Positions 18,478-28,600 of a stretch of DNA of 64,000 bases are shown here, in pieces (position 1 is the first letter of the stretch; every line of letters starts with the position of its first letter). A program made the translations under genes and the position numbers. Under the pieces are notes generated by a model. That model did not search any database. It was not told where the DNA came from and saw nothing but the letters and a program-made list of their open reading frames with translations. The stretch spans positions 146,741-210,740 of the forward strand of contig JBAZMP010000001.1 in NCBI GenBank assembly GCA_041649715.1. The letters run 5' to 3'. The stretch is from Patescibacteria group bacterium (GTDB lineage: Bacteria; Patescibacteriota; Patescibacteriia; JAXHNJ01).

Positions 18478-18553
18478 TGGGGTGACTAGAGGGATTTGCA
18501 CCCTCGCTAAAGCCTCCACAGGGCTCTGTGCTAACTACTACACTATAGTCACC
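18478..18553 (-). tRNA. tRNA-His (anticodon GUG), with encoded G-1 and CCA
   Basis: The reverse complement folds as a cloverleaf: 8-bp acceptor stem including G-1:C73, anticodon loop CUGUGGA, T-stem GAGGG/CCCUC, CCA encoded. Unusual features are a T-loop reading UGCAAAU (G at position 55) and a D-loop with no GG. Confidence 0.85.
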
Positions 18554-18562
18554 ATGATTGCT

Positions 18563-19150
18563 TTATTCGTTCGTTTGATGCTTGTGTTCCACCTCACGGA
18601 TTTTATTAAGAATCTCGCGCGGCAGTTCGCCGTATAATTGCTTGTCCGATTCCGTTAAACCATCTTGGAACATTTCGATTAACAGATCCCGTAAACTGCG
18701 GTATTTATACTGGATTTTTTGGGAAAGAATGCCTTTAGCCTCTTCGTCTTCTTCGCTGATTTTTTCCGCGTCCTGTCGCGTCGCTTTGACTTCTTCCATT
18801 ATATCAATTAATCTTGGTTCAAATTTTTGGTATTTTTCTTGTTCAAAAAAGTGTTCAAGATTAACCCCGACCTGGCCCGCGATATCTTCAAGAGTTTTAC
18901 TGGCGCTTAAAAGTGATTGGCGATCATAGACATTTTCCCGGACCATTTCTCTTTGAAAGGCTTGGGCGATGGGGATATATTCTTTAATTATTTCCTTGCT
19001 GTCGGGCAATAGCCCTTCTGATTTTTTCTGAATAAAAATATTAAGTTCCGTTTCTTTCTGATTAAGCTGTCCTAGCTCTTCTTCAACTTTTTCCTTCACC
19101 AAAGCATCGGACAGGGCTTTTTCTATATTGTCGTTTTCTCTTTCCGGCAT
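18563..19150 (-). CDS. Hypothetical acidic coiled-coil protein
   Basis: 195-aa ORF between the two tRNAs. It is Glu/Lys-rich and has no recognisable family. Confidence 0.55.
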   Translation of the reverse strand: MPERENDNIEKALSDALVKEKVEEELGQLNQKETELNIFIQKKSEGLLPDSKEIIKEYIPIAQAFQREMVRENVYDRQSLLSASKTLEDIAGQVGVNLEHFFEQEKYQKFEPRLIDIMEEVKATRQDAEKISEEDEEAKGILSQKIQYKYRSLRDLLIEMFQDGLTESDKQLYGELPREILNKIREVEHKHQTNE

Positions 19151-19164
19151 AAAATTTTTAATTT

Positions 19165-19239
19165 TGGTACCCTCGACAGGAATCGAACCTGTGTCCGCAG
19201 CTTAGAAGGCTGCTGTTCTATCCACTGAACTACGAGGGC
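19165..19239 (-). tRNA. tRNA-Arg (anticodon UCU)
   Basis: The reverse complement GCCCUCGUAGUUCAGUGGAUAGAACAGCAGCCUUCUAAGCUGCGGACACAGGUUCGAUUCCUGUCGAGGGUACCA folds canonically: D-stem GUUC/GAAC, anticodon stem GCAGC/GCUGC, loop CUUCUAA, T-loop UUCGAUU, CCA encoded. Confidence 0.9.
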
Positions 19240-19456
19240 TATTAATATAAATAAATTTTTCAATGAGTAATCTTATTTTCCGTGATTTTATCCATCTTTC
19301 TCTGTAGGATAGATGATAGGAATTTTTGCTTATAGTGAATTCTTTTGAAAGGCGAGTTGCGACGGAGCCTTACTTTATTTCATTTATGGGGCGGGACGAC
19401 GAGGGTGTTAAAAACTTTGTAAGGTATACTAATTTTAGCAGAAAACGATGATGCCG

Positions 19457-20164
19457 TCAATCTAGCGGTGGTTTTCTGAAGCTTTCCGGCGTGATTTTTT
19501 GGGCAAAACCGATTTTTTTGGCGTAACCGGCCACGATCCTTTGAATAGAACGGGGGGTCAGGGGCTTCAGACTTGATTTTCCGCTGGCCCGGTCGTGACG
19601 GATGAATATAAATTCACATTTATCTTTTCTTTCATTTAGATATTCTTTTAGCCAGTAATTTCCTTGTTGGCCGAGACCCAGATCATAAAGACCTTTTCGT
19701 TTTAACCGGCAGATTTCCGAGACCTTTAATTGGGAAGAAAAAAGAAGTTCTAGGAGCAATCTGTCTCTTTTCCGGATAATGGCGGCGATTTTTTGTTCTT
19801 CCGGCGCCGCCATGATTTTTTCCAAATCTTTTCTAGACACTATCTCATTTGTTTTATTTTTCACCGGATATAGAGAAATTTTTTCGGGGTCGAGGTTATT
19901 GATATTTTCTTTATTCAAAAACTTTAAAAAAGCCCGCAAGGCGATAAGATGATAGTTCTGGGTGCTTTGATTCAGCTTGAGTCGATTGAGTCTTAGGCGA
20001 AAGGCGCGGATGGCCGGATAATTTAATTCTTCGGTTTCTGATATATCCATCAAGTCAATAAATCGGCCGAGGTAAAATTTATAGTTATTAAGGGTGGCCG
20101 GGCTTATTTCTTGTTTTTTGGCCCTTATAAAATCCGCCAATAAATTTGTTAACTCTTTTCTCAT
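19457..20164 (-). pseudogene. Tyrosine recombinase (XerC/XerD/phage integrase family), degenerate and C-terminally truncated
   Basis: An N-terminal SAM-like core-binding domain is present, followed by the LRKRDRLLLELLFSSQLKVSE region. Box I Arg appears replaced (QLKVSE). The protein ends at ...KITPESFRKPPLD, before the HxxR...Y catalytic segment, so no catalytic Tyr is encoded. Confidence 0.55.
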
Positions 20165-20318
20165 ACAATAATATTTTACGACACAAAGCTTGGATCGGCA
20201 AGGTAATTGACTGAAAAGCGACTTTATGTTATTTTTATCTTGCTAATAACTAACTACGTTTTCTTGGTGAAAGCCCTTTTCGGACTTCACTCGGGAAGCG
20301 CGGACAAGGGAAAAAGTA

Positions 20319-20585
20319 ATGCCTTTATCAAAACAGCAAAAGGACAGGATTATTGAAAAATTCAAGACCCATGCCTCCGACACCGGCTCTTCCGAGGTGC
20401 AGATCGCTATTCTTTGCGAAGAGATCCGCCAGTTGACGGACCACCTAAAGACCCACAAGAAAGATTTTTCTTCCCGGAGGGGTCTGCTCCGCAAGGTGGG
20501 CTTGCGCCGCCGGCTGCTCAAGTATCTGGAAAAGGACAATCTAAAAAGCTACGAAAGTCTGGTTAAGAAATTAAAACTAAAATAA
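20319..20585 (+). CDS. rpsO: 30S ribosomal protein S15
   Basis: 88 aa: MPLSKQQKDRIIEKFKTHASDTGSSEVQIAILCEEIRQLTDHLKTHKKDFSSRRGLLRKVGLRRRLLKYL is canonical S15. Confidence 0.95.
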   Translation: MPLSKQQKDRIIEKFKTHASDTGSSEVQIAILCEEIRQLTDHLKTHKKDFSSRRGLLRKVGLRRRLLKYLEKDNLKSYESLVKKLKLK

Positions 20586-20586
20586 T

Positions 20587-21117
20587 ATGCCGAAGCACGC
20601 AGAACAGCGCGTCGGCGTTTTCGTCGACGTTTCCAACATGTATCATTCCGCCAAAAATCTTTACGGCGCGAAAGTAAATTTTGGCAAAGTTTTGGAAGAA
20701 GCGGTTTCGGGGCGGAAACTGATCCGGGCCATTGCCTATGTCATCAAGGCGGCCAGCCAGGAAGAGCAGAATTTTTTTGAAGCCCTGGACAAGCAGGGGT
20801 TTGAGGTGAAGATGAAGGACCTGCAGGTTTTTTGGGGGGGGGCGAAAAAAGGCGACTGGGATGTCGGCATCACCATTGACGCGGTGTTGCTGGCCAATAA
20901 AATGGACGCGGTGATCTTGGTCACCGGCGATGGCGATTATCTGCCGCTGGTCAATTATTTGAAGACCAATAAGGGTTGTTTTGTGGAAGTGATGGCTTTC
21001 GGTGAATCCTGCTCCACCAAACTGAAGGAAACCGCCGATGAATTCACCGATTTATCAGCCAATAAAAAGAAATATTTGCTGCCGATCAGCCCCCGCCGTC
21101 TGGCCAGAAGAAGATAA
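20587..21117 (+). CDS. NYN-domain (LabA/YacP-like, PIN-related) protein
   Basis: VGVFVDVSNMYHSAKNLYG...GDWDVGITIDAVLLA...VILVTGDGDYLPLV matches the NYN-domain conserved acidic positions. Confidence 0.8.
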   Translation: MPKHAEQRVGVFVDVSNMYHSAKNLYGAKVNFGKVLEEAVSGRKLIRAIAYVIKAASQEEQNFFEALDKQGFEVKMKDLQVFWGGAKKGDWDVGITIDAVLLANKMDAVILVTGDGDYLPLVNYLKTNKGCFVEVMAFGESCSTKLKETADEFTDLSANKKKYLLPISPRRLARRR

Positions 21118-21132
21118 TTAATTTTTAAAAAT

Positions 21133-21855
21133 ATGTCGAATTATAATGAGTCCGTCGGTGAAAGTCTGGGAACCGGCCCAGCGGAATCAGGCTACGAGCC
21201 CGATCTATATTTTCGACCACCGGCCACGGAACAAGATTACGAGCGATTTTCCATCGCTGACTCTTTGGATAAAAGTTTTAACGAGATAGATGAAATGCCG
21301 GCGATGCCCGATATCGTTATAAGTCCGGAGGAAATAAAAGATATTTCCGAACGGGAAGCCCTGCAAAAATATTTAAAAGAGATTTTGACCGAATTGTTCG
21401 CCAATTCGAGAATTAAAGATTTTCGGCGGCAAACAAAAAAAGAAGGCTATACGGTCCTAAGTCGCCTGGAAAAAGAAGAGATATTCAGAATATATGACCG
21501 GATAAAATCCCAGGCGCGGGAGAAAATCGGCCCTCTTTTAACGCCCAAATTGCTGAACGAAGTCAAATTTATCACGGGCAGCGACCTGAATCATTCTTTG
21601 CGGTCAAGAATCCTGGAGGGGGGCGATGCCGAACCCTGGATGATATTAAACCCCATTAAAAAGGGGCGTTTCAATCGTTTGGTCGACTACATGGATTCGC
21701 GAAAATTACGTCTCTTTTTGAGAAATTCTTTGAGCAAAAAAGGCGATATTAAGTTCATTCGGCAGTCCGTGAAGGAAGGGACGGGAACTGAAGCGATGGC
21801 CGAAGTGGCCAAAGATTTTCCCGACGTGGAAGAAGAAGCCGCTGAAGCCAAATAG
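21133..21855 (+). CDS. Hypothetical acidic protein
   Basis: 240-aa ORF immediately downstream of the NYN gene. No recognisable family. Confidence 0.55.
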   Translation: MSNYNESVGESLGTGPAESGYEPDLYFRPPATEQDYERFSIADSLDKSFNEIDEMPAMPDIVISPEEIKDISEREALQKYLKEILTELFANSRIKDFRRQTKKEGYTVLSRLEKEEIFRIYDRIKSQAREKIGPLLTPKLLNEVKFITGSDLNHSLRSRILEGGDAEPWMILNPIKKGRFNRLVDYMDSRKLRLFLRNSLSKKGDIKFIRQSVKEGTGTEAMAEVAKDFPDVEEEAAEAK

Positions 21856-22018
21856 CCCGTTGGTCTGGACAAATAGGCGAAAATAAGCTAGAGTATCTAT
21901 ATTCGCAACTTAATAATTATCTTGGCCGTCAGACAGGTGGACTATCAAAAACAGGCAAATATAAGCCATTTTGCGTAGTCTAAAGCCTGCCGGCCAAACA
22001 TTCGGAAAGGAATTTTTT

Positions 22019-24262
22019 ATGTCCGTGCAAAGATTTGAAACGGAATTGGCCGGAAAAAAACTAATCATCGAGACGGGTAAGCTCGCCGCACAGGCCCACG
22101 GCTCCTGCACCTTGCAGTACGGCGAAACCGTCGTTTTGGCGACCGCTGTCATGAGCCAGAATGTCCGGGAAGGGATAGACTACTTCCCGCTTTTGGTTGA
22201 CTACGAAGAGAGGCTGTACGCCGCCGGCAAGATCAAAGGCTCGCGCTTTATCAAGAGGGAGGGCCGGCCTTCGGATGACGCCATTTTGGTATCCCGGCTG
22301 GTGGATCGGGCCATCCGGCCTTTTTTCAACCAAAAAATGCGCAATGATGTGCAGGTCGTCATCACGGTTCTCTCCGTGGATATGGAGAACGATTCCGATA
22401 TTTTCTCTCTCATCGCCGCTTCCTGTGCCCTGCATATTTCCGACATTCCCTGGGCCGGGCCCTTGGGTTGCGTCCGGGTCGGCCAGATTTCAGGTGAATG
22501 GGTTTTAAACCCCACTTATGCCGCCCGGGAAAAAAGCGATTTTGACCTGGTTGTGGCCGGCACCGCGGAAAAGGTGGTCATGATGGAAGCAAAAGCGAAT
22601 GAAACCCCGGAAAAGACCATCGTGGAAGGGATCGCCTTCGGCCACAAAAATTTGAAAAAGATAATTGATCTGATCGAAGAAGTCAGAAAAAAGGTCGGTT
22701 CGGAAAAAATCAAGCCGGATTTTGAAGAATTGACCGATGAGGAAAAGTCCGCTTTTGAAAAAGTGCAAAGCAAGGTCAAGACTTTTACCGCCGGAAAACT
22801 GAAGGAATTGCTGACGATCAAGGAAAAGGCCAAACGCGAAGAAGAACTGACCCGCTTAAAAGAAGAGTTGGACCAGGCCTTAAAAGATGATAACGAAGTA
22901 TCTAAAGAAATGCGAGAAGAGGCTTCGGATATTTTAGAGGATTTTTTGGACGCGGAAGGCCAGCGCTTGGTTTTGGAGGAGAACAAGCGGGTGGATGGCC
23001 GGGCCCTGGATGAGATCCGGCCCATTTCCTGTGAAGTGGGGTTGCTACCGCGTACCCATGGTTCGGGACTTTTCAACCGCGGCGAAACGCAGGTACTTTC
23101 CATTGTAACCTTGGGTTCCCCCGGCGACGAGCAGACTCTGGATACGATGGAGGAATCCGGCAAGAAAAGATACATGCATCATTATAATTTTCCCGGTTTT
23201 TCCACTGGCGAAGTCGCGCCCTTAAGAGGGGCGGGACGGCGGGAAATCGGGCACGGGGCGTTGGCGGAAAAATCGCTTGAACCGGTCTTGCCCTCCAAGG
23301 AAGACTTCCCCTACACCATCCGCGTTGTCTCGGAGGTTTTATCCTCCAATGGCTCAACCTCCCAGGCCTCGGTCTGCGGCTCATCCTTGGCTTTAATGGA
23401 CGCTGGCGTGCCAATAAAGAAGCCGGTGGCCGGCATTGCCATGGGTTTGGTTATGGATGAAGCGAGCGGTAAATATAAGATTATCACCGATATTCAGGGG
23501 CTGGAAGATCATTCCGGCGGCATGGATTTTAAGGTGGCGGGCACGCTTTCAGGCATTACCGCCATCCAGCTCGATGTTAAAGTTTCGGGCCTGACCCTAA
23601 AGATTTGCGAGGAGACTTTAGCTAAAGCGAGAACGGCCCGCGAGTATATCCTTCAAAAAATAACGGCAGTGATCAGCCAGCCCCGGAAAGAATTATCGCC
23701 TTACGCGCCTCGTATTTATTCTTTGAGGATCGATCCGGAGAAGATCCGCGACGTGATCGGCCGCGGCGGCGAAGTTATCAACAAGATCATCGATGAATGC
23801 GGCGGACGCGACGTGACCAAAATAGATATTGAAGACGACGGTCTGGTCATGATCACTTCTCACAATCCGGAGATGGGCGTAAAAGCCCTGGAGTGGGTGA
23901 AAAACCTGACACGTGACGTGGCGATTGGCGAGATCTATGAAGGGACCGTGACGCAAATCATGCGGGACAGGATGAATGAGGCGAAAGAGATCGGCGCTAT
24001 TGTCGAACTTTTCCCCGGCCACGACGGCATGGTTCATGTCTCGGAGTTTTCCTATCAGAGGATTGACAAAGTAAGCGACGTGGTTAAAGTCGGCGACAAA
24101 TTAAAAGTTAAAGTGGTTGACGTAGATAAGGAAAGAGGCCGGGTTAGCCTTTCGGTTAAAGCTTTGTCCCAGGCGCCGGCCGGTTACGAGAATTTTTCTC
24201 GTGATTCGCGCCCTTCTGATAACAGAAAAAGAAAGCCATTCGGCTTCCGTAAAAGATTCTAA
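22019..24262 (+). CDS. pnp: Polyribonucleotide nucleotidyltransferase (PNPase)
   Basis: MSVQRFETELAGKKLIIETGKLAAQAHGSCTLQYGETVVLATAV..., two RNase PH-like cores, and C-terminal KH and S1 regions (VAIGEIYEGTVTQIM...). The ATG at 22019 follows a GGAAAGGAA RBS. Confidence 0.95.
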   Translation: MSVQRFETELAGKKLIIETGKLAAQAHGSCTLQYGETVVLATAVMSQNVREGIDYFPLLVDYEERLYAAGKIKGSRFIKREGRPSDDAILVSRLVDRAIRPFFNQKMRNDVQVVITVLSVDMENDSDIFSLIAASCALHISDIPWAGPLGCVRVGQISGEWVLNPTYAAREKSDFDLVVAGTAEKVVMMEAKANETPEKTIVEGIAFGHKNLKKIIDLIEEVRKKVGSEKIKPDFEELTDEEKSAFEKVQSKVKTFTAGKLKELLTIKEKAKREEELTRLKEELDQALKDDNEVSKEMREEASDILEDFLDAEGQRLVLEENKRVDGRALDEIRPISCEVGLLPRTHGSGLFNRGETQVLSIVTLGSPGDEQTLDTMEESGKKRYMHHYNFPGFSTGEVAPLRGAGRREIGHGALAEKSLEPVLPSKEDFPYTIRVVSEVLSSNGSTSQASVCGSSLALMDAGVPIKKPVAGIAMGLVMDEASGKYKIITDIQGLEDHSGGMDFKVAGTLSGITAIQLDVKVSGLTLKICEETLAKARTAREYILQKITAVISQPRKELSPYAPRIYSLRIDPEKIRDVIGRGGEVINKIIDECGGRDVTKIDIEDDGLVMITSHNPEMGVKALEWVKNLTRDVAIGEIYEGTVTQIMRDRMNEAKEIGAIVELFPGHDGMVHVSEFSYQRIDKVSDVVKVGDKLKVKVVDVDKERGRVSLSVKALSQAPAGYENFSRDSRPSDNRKRKPFGFRKRF

Positions 24263-24275
24263 AACATTAGTCTTT

Positions 24276-24833
24276 ATGATAATATCACTTTCCGGCGCGC
24301 CCGGCAGTGGCAAATCAACGGTCGCCAAAAAATTGGCGGACCGTTTGGGATACAAGCGTTATTATATGGGTGAGATTTTGCGGCTTAAGGCGAAGGAGAA
24401 AAATATGACTCTGGCGGAATATTTGAAACTGGGCGAGACGGATTTTTCAGTTGATAGGGAAGTCGACCAGTACATGAAAGAATTGTCCAAAAAAGAAGAT
24501 AATTTCATTATAGAAAATCGTACTGCTTTTCACATTCTTCCTCAATCTTTGAAAATCTATTTAGATATTCAAGAAAAGGAAGGAGCTAAACGGATATTCT
24601 CGGACTTGAAAATTAATCCTACGAGAAACGAAGCCAGAAATCTAAATTCGGTCGAAGCGGTTATTAAAGCCAATAGAGAGCGCCGGATAGGTGACCAGAA
24701 AAGATACCGACAATATTATCAAATCGACCTGTTTAACCCCAAGAATTATGATTTTGTCCTGGATACCACGAATTTAAATCCTGAGGAAGAATTCCAAGAG
24801 GTGTGGCGCTTCGTTAAGAGTAAATTAGGCTAA
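24276..24833 (+). CDS. cmk: Cytidylate kinase, archaeal-type (type 2 Cmk-like P-loop NMP kinase)
   Basis: MIISLSGAPGSGKSTVAKKLADRLGYKRYYMGEILRLKAKEKNMTLAEY... resembles short archaeal-type Cmk, not bacterial Cmk. Confidence 0.7.
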   Translation: MIISLSGAPGSGKSTVAKKLADRLGYKRYYMGEILRLKAKEKNMTLAEYLKLGETDFSVDREVDQYMKELSKKEDNFIIENRTAFHILPQSLKIYLDIQEKEGAKRIFSDLKINPTRNEARNLNSVEAVIKANRERRIGDQKRYRQYYQIDLFNPKNYDFVLDTTNLNPEEEFQEVWRFVKSKLG

Positions 24834-24947
24834 TTATAGCAAAAAAATTTAATCTGTGGATAAAGTCAACTGTTTAACGGATTATTTTGAAATATCTATA
24901 ATAAATAAATAGCTATATTAAGCCATTTTTTTGATTTTTCAACAACT

Positions 24948-24983
24948 TGACAACAGGCAATAAGTTTGATATACTAGTTATGT
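24948..24983 (+). promoter_or_regulatory. Canonical sigma70-like promoter (TTGACA-17-TATACT) with no ORF immediately downstream
   Basis: ttgaca acaggcaataagtttga tatact. Confidence 0.35.
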
Positions 24984-25642
24984 AAATATTCGCGAACTGA
25001 TTAGGTAGGAAAAGATTTTGGCTAATTTTAGCCTAATGAGTTAAAATCTTTTCTTAACTATTCGTCAAGGGTAGCTGGGTACCCGTTTGAAAAATTGTAA
25101 ACAAAAACAAAAAGGTATGTCTTTGGGTCAAACCAGGGATAATACCAGAAGAATGGTTAAGAATATTTTAGATCTTTTTACCCCAGCAATAAAGATTAGT
25201 CGGGAGGGAAAATCATCATATTTTATTCTGCCGTTAATCCGTTCTCTTGAAAAAGGGAGCCGGCTATCGGCGGAATAGAATTGGATCTTTCACTAACTCC
25301 CATAGGCGCATGTCGCCTTTAAAGCAACAATGTTTTTCAAGGTGCCACATGCGCCTTTTCTTTTTGCATTCAAAATCATCGCGATCAATTTCTGTAGGCA
25401 GTTTTTTAGGCTTTTTTATTGACAAAAGGCAAAAATAGGAGTATAATAATAGCATAACTATATAGATTTACCGTTAATATAAGCCGTTTAATGTATAATT
25501 TCGGTAAAATTAATTTAATAAATCAGGAGGGCGAGTAAACCGCTATTTTTAGCGGTCTTTTTTTGTTTAAAACAACCTATTTAATATATTTAACATTAAT
25601 CTTCCGTCTTTTGACGGTTTCTAAAAAAATAATAATAAAAAA

Positions 25643-28600
25643 ATGAAGAAAAAATTATATATTATCTTAAATTTTCTCACCGTTCTTTCCCTCGTCGGTC
25701 CTTTTTCTTTTATGAATGTGAATTTCGCGCAAGCAATAACCGCCGGTCCAAGCATATCAGTATACGCCGGCGACACCACTTTGGATGAAACTACCAGCTA
25801 TATTATTACTTTAAATCACATTCCTGAAATGACCACGACCGAAGTTTGGCATAACATCCAGTTTTTTACGGGAATTAATTACCGCGGGGCAGAAAATCCG
25901 AATGCAGAAATCGATTTTTCGAATGCCACTCTGACTGGCGGTTACGTCCGTGTTTACACGGGCGAATCCTATGTGACCGTGCCCGCGGGACAAACGGAAT
26001 TGCAGACTAGTGCCGATAATATCAGAAATTTTGATTTGATCATTAATGGTGCCTACAGTATACCCGAAAATGCCCTGATTAAGATTAAAATAAATAATGT
26101 GGTTAATCCCAGCGTCGCCGGCACTTTCAGCGCCTGGTTTAACGGCGGCTTTTCAGATAATGTAGGTTGGAACGACATAGGCGGCGCACAAAATGATAGT
26201 GCCCTGCTTCTAGGGATCGATAAATTCATTAACGGTGACGTGACGTATAAGACGGGAGGGGCGGTTACCACTTGTGCGATCAACGCCAATAAACAGGGGG
26301 CGCAGGAATGGGCAAACGCCGATTGCGACGGTAGCGGCCACTATAACTTGGGCTTGACTTCCGCTGGTACCTGGCAGGTTCATCTTGATGCCAAAAATAT
26401 CAACGGCCAAAGAGTGACGACGGACTGGATTTATGAAGGATCCGATTCTTATGTTGAGGCTAATGTCGCGGGCACTTATACTCAAAATTTTTCGGTGGTT
26501 AAAGCCACTTCTTCGGTTATGGGGAAAGTACTTTTGGCAAACGGCGCCGTCCCCGCTAACCCATGGGAATATCGCGTGGACATCAGGAATCAGCAAGGAC
26601 AGGGTTCCGGGACTAATTTGGGTAATGATGGCGCGTTCAGTGTTCCGGTTTTAGCCGGCACCTACAACCTCAGCGTCAATTCGCAGAACGCGCAATTTTA
26701 TGTTGATCCTCTAAACATAACGATCGGAAATGATCAAACAAAGAATGTCGGTACTTTAACCCTGAAAGAGAAGACGGCTGCCATCAAGGGTAAGGTGACC
26801 GATGACTCCGGTTCACCGGTCAGCGGCCTAAGGGTGAATATGTGGGGCCAGAATGGTTGGGGAGAAGGCCGGACGAACGCCAATGGAAATTACACCATCT
26901 GGACTTATAAAGGTGACTGGGAAATAATGGTTGATCAGATGGAGGCCGGCCAGCAGGGTTTGATCCAGCAGGGCGAGCCAAACCGGATTTCCATTACTGA
27001 AAATGATCAGATTGTGACCGGGGTTAATTTCAGGTTGATTCAGACCGATGCCACGGCCAAACTGACCATTCTTGATATGAACGGGGTTAAAGCCGGCAAC
27101 ATAAATGGTTACGCTTATTGCCGCAAAGCCGACGCGATGCCCGGTCCGGGCAGTGATTTTGGCATGGGTTTGGGCGGTCAAAGCGCGAACCCCGTTTCCA
27201 TACCGGTTATCGGCGGCGAGACCTACGTCTGCGGCGTGAACGTACCCTCCGAAATGAACTTAGCTTTGGATAAGGAGGTCGAGGCGTATATCGGTGTCGG
27301 CCAAACCAAATCCATCAGCGTTGTTTTGCTTCATAATGATTCGGAAATTGTCGGCTACTTGAGGGATGCGTCAAGCGGCGCCGTGATTACCAATGTCGAG
27401 GGCGATGTCTTCGCCCAAGGCGAAATGAAGGGCATGGGTTATCATTCTTTCATCAATGCCGATGGAAGCTACCGTTTGTCAGTCAAGGGCGGCAGCTCAT
27501 ATTTCTTGGGATATAATATCAGAACAGCCGGCTATGTTCAGGGCCAGCCGGATCAGTCGCCGGTCGTCGTACCGGCCAGCAGCCGCGTGGTGAAGACCTT
27601 GAAAGTGCATAAGGCTAACGCCAATCTAAATATCACGGTGCTTGATCCCGACGGGAGTAAGGTGACATATGCCTGGGTGTGGTGTGATAACATGAAACAA
27701 AAAGAGAACGAATTAAAAGGTTCTTTTGAGGGCGGAGAGGTTTTGCATGCCGGCGGAGAAACCAATCTTTCGGGCGTGGCCAAACTGCCCATCGTCGCCG
27801 GGGAGTATACTTGCGGAGCCGGTCTGCCGCCCAACATGGCGCAGTACATGCCGCCAGAGAATGCGGAGATAATGATTGTGTCCGGGGCGACGGAAAACAT
27901 CACTTTGCAATTCAGGGAATCGGAAGGGACGGTTAAGGGCAGTGTCACGGATGAGAACGGCAGCGAAATGTCAATGGGTTTTTGCCATGCCTGGAATCCG
28001 GAAGGCGGTTTTTCCGGGGGCCAAGTCTTTAACGGTTCATACAGCATTCCTCTGACCCGCGGCACCTGGTATGTCGGCTGCGACAGCATGAACGGCCAGG
28101 AATTTTTCCGATCGGATGAAATGCAGATCAATCTTGAGGCGGTGGGCGATAATATCAGCAAAGATTTTGTCTTAAGAAAATCAAGTTTTGAGATTCCGCA
28201 GGGCATCAGCCAGAGTTTTGATGCCAGCACTTTAACGGTTATTAATTTGCCGGACGGCTCAATGATCACTATTCCCGCCAATGCCGTCGCGACTTCCGGC
28301 ACCTACACCTTGACCGCTTCACCGAATATTAATCTTTACCATACGCCAGAGGCCAAGCCAGCTTTAGGCTTTGCCTGGTCTTTTGAACTGACCGATTCAA
28401 GCGGCCAGTCGGTAACCACGAACTTCAACAGCAATGTTACCATCACGATAAAATATGATGAGGAGATATTGCGAGAAATGGGTATTGATGAGGCAAAGAT
28501 CATCGGCCGCTATTGGGATGAGGCTTCTTCCACCTGGAAGATGCCGGATAATATCGTGCAAGATACGGAAAACAATATTATCAATATCATGATCGATCAC

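Larger units (their letters stand above)
10805..18492. mobile_element. Putative tRNA-His-associated genomic island (~7.7 kb), with no integrase inside
   Basis: It is bounded by intact tRNA-His (3' end at 18478) and the partial 3'-end copy at 10805-10819. The cargo includes a GC-anomalous four-gene block and an NTase-motif protein. Confidence 0.5.

Noticed and set aside
18440-18560. The start GGGG...GGGAUUUGCA resembled the tmRNA 5' end (E. coli GGGGCUGAUUCUGG...GGGAUUUGCG)
   Set aside because: Read on the minus strand, the same sequence folds as a complete tRNA-His cloverleaf with G-1:C73, a GUG anticodon and CCA. No tag-peptide ORF or resume codon could be found on the plus strand, and the region runs into the 3' end of a minus-strand CDS.
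22061-23414. Minus-strand ORFs 22061..22435, 22516..23175 and 23073..23414 inside pnp
   Set aside because: Antisense to the canonical PNPase gene.
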